Source: Orbicella franksi
Taxonomy: Eukaryota
Length of the DNA stretch: 64,000 nt
NCBI GenBank assembly: GCA_964199315.1
Contig: OZ116709.1
Location: 12,772,001-12,836,000 of the forward strand
Reading direction: 5' to 3'
Shown: piece after piece, positions 56,601-62,600 of the stretch
Numbering within the stretch: position 1 is the stretch's first letter
How the letters are laid out: each line of letters begins with the position of its first letter
Notes under the pieces: generated by a model
The model's database searches: none
The model's input: the letters and a program-made list of their open reading frames with translations, nothing else
What the model was told of the DNA's origin: nothing
Position numbers and translations under genes: made by a program

Positions 56601-59600
56601 ATACGAGTAAGTGATCGAGTTTATCATACGCATGATTTATATCAATAACTTTTTCCATTCATTCGCTTGGTCGCGGGAAAGAAAACGATATAACCTTTTG
56701 ACGAAGAGTTAAAGCGATGGTTTGAAGACATAATTTATAGATAGATTCCTGGTTGGATTACTGGTCACTGATGACTCGCTTTTCCCAAAACAATCGAGAG
56801 AACCGTTGTGTCTGCGTGAATTTCCTCCTCAAAAACCTGCCACTTAATTATGCATTCGCAAGCTCGAAATTTACATTCGAGACAAGCTCGCTGTCATTGT
56901 TGTTATGGACAGTCCTGAGTTAAACAAAGAAACAATCATTTCCGTATAGTGTACTCCGTTAAACAGTAGATCGCAACAAACAAGCAGTATTCCTGCAATC
57001 CCACTGAGCTGGCAAACTGCGAGAATTTAATATCACTTTTTGAACAACGCGACAACAAAAATCTCGCCGTATTTTTAGTAAAAATATTTTGTCGCCAAAT
57101 CCAGCGCGTGCATGGTGACGTGTTTCTATGAATACACGTACTGTACGGTAAATAACATTTAAATATTGTTTTAAGCAAATATACCAGTGTTTAAAAAGCT
57201 TGGCCAGGCGAATTGTGAAAAAAGGTAATTACCTATGTTAATAAAATTTTCGCTACAAGATTCGAAAAAGTGCACAGTGGGCATTACTTCTAATGAAAAG
57301 CCATAATTAATTTTTGCAGAAGGTAATCTGTTTTCCAAAATGTAAAGAAAATATTATGGCTGTCACGAGACCAATATAAAAAGCAAGGGCAAAAACAATT
57401 CATACGGCGAGAAAACAAGTTACACACCAGTCTGAAATAGGACAAACAAAAGCACATTGCCTTGTTCGTTTCACCAGTATACGGTAATACACACAAACCA
57501 AACGTAAACAAAAGCTTTCATTGCTTTCACTGGCAACAACTTTGATTACAATTCAGACACTTTCCTTCCAATTAGTTCTTTTCTTGCGTTTCCTTAGCAA
57601 TGAAAAGAAATAGTTTACAATGCACTTTTCTTCTGCCAAAAATATCTATTGAATTACGAGCCATTACAGTATCAACGGCAGGAGGTGAAATTGTTCTCTA
57701 AATTAGCCAAGAAAAGGTTTTACATAATTACAAACTAATTCTACGCTTCTCTCCCCTAACACGAACAAATGCTCACTTATAAAACTGTGAAAACGAAAAC
57801 TCAAGTGACATATACCAGAAAAAAGAAAGCGATTCGTTCACTAGATTTGATCAATCAAGAATAAATCGATATTGTAATGAACTGTCTTAGAGGCCATGGA
57901 AATTTCCATTGATCCGTATTCCTGCTAAGGAAACAAACCTGTTTAAGCTTCGAGTCATTTATTCTACTCTACTCCAAGGCGATTACTTATCTTTGTTTTC
58001 ACTTTTTTATATATCTTTGTTTTTACTTCGTTTCCGAGCAAACAACTTAAATTTAAGAAGCAGCGCACGTTAACCTATCACGTGGTCTGCAGTTTGTCAC
58101 TTTTTGTCGCGGTTTAGGCATTTTAATATTTTATCGCGGGTTCTTTATTTCTAATGAAAAAGAAAGCAATTGCTACAATTTCCATTAACCTAAAGATTAC
58201 CACCATAAGGTATGTTAAGTATTTTCACGATGCCTTCAGCTTTGTAAATAAGAAACTATTTTGAAAATGGAATTTAAAATTCAGAGAAACTTCTCTTCGT
58301 TTATCAAACATGCACAAAGACAGCTTAGGTTTTTTGCACTTTCAAAAAGCAAAAACAGACAATCCAAGTGGCAAAAGGAAAGAGTGAAACAACAGCTACA
58401 AATTAACTCTCGCACATAACCGTACAGAAACAAGCGAGTGAAAGCGAGACGGAGTGCTGCCAACATTCTTATTATATATTCAGATTTAGACCCCGTCCAC
58501 AAGTATCCGGATATTTGTGAATCCGCAACTTTTTCTTTCCGGATTCAAAAATTTCCCCGTCCACACGTAGCAAAAATATCCGGATTCGCTGCCGAATTCG
58601 CCGGATGCCGCGTGTGGACGGAAGCCGTATCCGGAAAGAAAAAGTTGCGGATTCAAAAATATCCGGATACGTGTGGGCGGGGCCTTAAACACCTCAGGAT
58701 TAGTGGAAACGGCTTTTTAAGAAGGTGAGGCAGCCTGGTTTGTAAAGTATACTGCAACACGCGTTTTCCGATGTGTCGAAATTACAGAATGTTAAAGCAA
58801 GGCTTGAAAAGTAATCCTTACGCTGAAACATCTACTTCTCAAGACAACAACAGAATAAGTTGATCTAAATTCACTTTAACTTTTGCTGTACGAAAAACGA
58901 AGTCCAGGCTAAATGAACACGGACCAAAGTGGAGCGGTTTTCAATCGACTATCGCCTGAAGGAACTGTTTCCTTGTCCTTTGTGCGTACTTTTTTTCCTG
59001 AGTTCACAGCAAACAGCGAAACCAAAAGTAATTATGGCGTACTTCACGCGTTGTTCCCGCGCTTGGTAACGGTAACACCTTTTTGCTTCGATTTCGGATC
59101 GGCCCATAACGTTGTTCACTGTGATAGGCCAGATGCGATTCACGCTACAAATAAGTGGACAACCTTACCTTAATCTCCTCAATTTCTTCCTTGATGCTTT
59201 CTGGCTCAGCCCCAAATGCTCGCTGCGTATTCAGCTGGTCTTCCACCTTAGACATCACTTGTGCCAGCTTTTCCAAGTCATTGCAGTATTCGTCGGCTAG
59301 AGGCAGCACGTTTTCCAAGGTCCTTCGTCGGTCAGCGGTCATATCAACGATGCTGCTCAATGCTTCAGTCACGTGATGTATCTCCCTGGAGAGGTCCTGT
59401 TTGTCGCCTGGTTGTGCGTTCTGTACCAGGATCTCGCTGACTTTGGTGAAGTTTTCGATGATAGGTGTACGGTCAGTTATTTCGTCTTCAATGTTCTGAG
59501 AAAATAAAGATGATTCTATCAATAAAATAGTAGCGGTGCATCTTTCTTGTGGTCTCCAAGAATAGCCACACACTTGGGTTTCATCTAAACTTGAGAGGTA

Positions 59601-62600
59601 GAACCACTCTTTGGGGGGTGACGTTTTACTCCAGCAGTGGAAAGGTTAAGTAAATACGTATGTCAGGATTTCTGCGTCAGTCGTGTTTGTTTTTAAATGA
59701 ATATTGGATCATTACCATTTTTAACTGTTAGGATCCCGAGCTACTTCTCATCGTGACTTCCTTCACAACGATTTGCAATTTGCGACAGGACAACGTTTGA
59801 ATTATCCGTTTAAATTGTTATTTGCATTTAGCAGATTAATACTAAATTGACTCGGTAAATTAGAGGATAAATTTTGTAAATAACTAACAATTGAGCATAG
59901 CTAGGCTGATGAAACACCTTTTGTTACAAGAAAAGATTATTATTAGCTGTTTAAAAGCTATAATTACACAATTCACATGTTTTAGAAGAATAACATATTT
60001 AGTTCAGTTGTTAATAGGCTAACGAACGATTCTTACAATCACGACAGAAAGGCATAAAGAGAAAATATGTCGACTTTTAAGTCTAAATGAACCCAATGTG
60101 AACGTTAAGAGATTATCAAAGCTTAATGAGCAAACAAGTGCATATGGGTGGACAGTGAAAACGTGGAACGGTCGCGTAAACTACAGCTGATGCCATGGAT
60201 ACTTGGGTACAACGTGCAAACAATGCTCATACAATTTGTAAATGATCAAGACTAACGAACACAGTACGGAGTGTGCAGATCGAAGAATGAATGGGTGCAC
60301 GAACACAAAGAAAATCGATTCTGTTGGAACCAGAGATGATGTATTAGAGTATCAACGTACAAGCACGTGTCGTGTATAAATGAATATGTTTGAAGAGGAC
60401 AATACATAAAGGAGATATGTTGAGAGAACACTTGCACTGAAAGAACGATGAACGTGAAGTTAGCAAGGGGACGGTCAGTTTGAAGCTCAAACGGCAGGTG
60501 GATGAAGCAATATGGCTAGCAAACAATCCATAAAACCTTTCAAACACACATCACTAACACAACTTATTACTCTGAAAAAGAAAAAAAACTGGGTTAAACA
60601 GAAATAAAACACAAAGCGATGTACAGGGTGCTGTTACAAGTGCATAACGTGTTCATATTTACTGACCACTTTCACCAAAACCAATCATTAATTGGTACAA
60701 TAAGATGACACTGACAGCCAATGACATGTGATTAAATAAACACCAGCCACTGTGGACAAAATGTAAAATGACACAGTGTGATGTGCAAAAAAAATAAAAA
60801 CAATATCAAAAGAATGCTTGGTGTACACATAACGTAATAGATCAGCTTTATTTTATTGTTATCATTATTATAACATTTAGATCTTGTTATTTAATTGACA
60901 ATATAAAATAAGAACGGAATAAATGTTTATTACAAGAAGGTCAGTCTTGGATTCATGCTGGTAAAACTCTCCTCGTGGAGAGAGGTAGTTTGTTATTTCT
61001 TAGAGTGGAACCACACGGTCCCGATTGCTTATTATTTCGTCAAGAACGTTCAATCGATCGCATTCTTTACAATTGGGTGATTTATGTTATTTACAGATTA
61101 TCAGCTTTAGAGTACCATCTGCTGTCCTTATTTTGCTTGTTTTTCTGTGACAATGAGCCACCATAAGACACTACGTTGCTCGTTAAGCATGCAAGCGACG
61201 ACCACAAATTCCTGTCTCTTAAAAAAGGTTTCACCTCATAAAAACACACATCTACAACGATGGTCAACAGTACGCTACGTCTCCTGTCACAAGCAGAAAC
61301 GATGCAATTCTACCTGGCATGCAATTGTCATGCAATTTCTCTCAACAGCATTGACAGCCATCATGCAAATCTACACACATTCCATCTGACAGGAATACCT
61401 TGATCTGTTGCAGCTGGTCTTTGATTTCATCCACCTTCCACGAGACTGGCCTCATCCAGCTCAGCGTCTTCAACGTGACAAGCATCCACTGTAAGAAATT
61501 CTCCAGAACAAAATTAAACTGCATGTACCTCGAGCTGTAGATAAAAATCATCGACTTGTGCTCTAAAACATACTGATACAGTGTTTCGATGATAACGAGG
61601 TAACGTTGTACAACTGTTGTTTCGTATGGAATGGACTCTCTTCTGGGAGATATTGCTTGCATCTGAGTGAAAAGAACAGTTTCAGGTGTAATCGCCTCAA
61701 CACTTTCTATTTCTTTCCTTGGAGCTACTTCTTCGGTTACCTGGTACAGTCCAACAGGCTTATCTCTTTCCTCAGACAAGACTCTTCGCTGCACGGTTGT
61801 TGTCGTCGTTCGTTTTACGATTCTCTTTACTGTAACACCATTTTCATCAACATATTCTTCGACCAATTCATCAGGAGAAATGCCTTCTCTGTCTTGTACA
61901 GGAAATTCCACCGCCGCTGGCTCTAGTTCATGGCGTTGTCTCCTAATAGTTGTTCTTGTTGTTGTTGTTGTGATGCTTCGTTTCACGATTCGTCTCACAC
62001 GAACGCCATTCTCATCAGTATACTCTTCAACTTCCTCTTGTGGCTCGTCGTCGGATAGTGCAACAGGAAATTTAACTTCCGCTGGTTCGGTCCGTTGACC
62101 TTCTCTTTTGATACTGGTTGTTGTAATGGTTCTCCTGACAATCCGCCTAACACGAACTCCGTTCTCATCAACATACTCCTCAACTTCTTCGGGTGATTCA
62201 TCTTCCATTCCCTCGATTTCAGGAATAACTATTTCCCGATTCAAAGTTGCCGAAGGAACTCTCTCCATTACGTCATCGTGGTCAAGATCTTCCTTTAACT
62301 CTGGTTTTGTTGACTGCGACGGCACAATTAAGAAAGAAATGTCTCCTGTAGGTTGTCTAGGTTCTTCTGATGCTGGTTCACTCTCCTCCATCCATTCAGG
62401 AAGAACAACTTCACGTGTTTGCACTGAAGGAACAACATCATCAGAGTCAAAATAAACAGGAGCTGCTAACTCAAACATCTTTGCACCTGGACCGTCCTTT
62501 GCTTCATCAACAGATGTACGGATTACACTTCTTGTTGTAATGGTTCGCCTCACAATTCTCCTCACACGAACGCCATTTTCGTCAATATATTCCTCGAAAT

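Noticed and set aside
61342-61398. Read-through C-terminus VFLSDGMCVDLHDGCQCC* resembling a prenylation motif
   Set aside because: It lies past a good donor, and the Cys codons are explained by the TG-rich/TGCATG intronic sequence. There is no support without transcript evidence.
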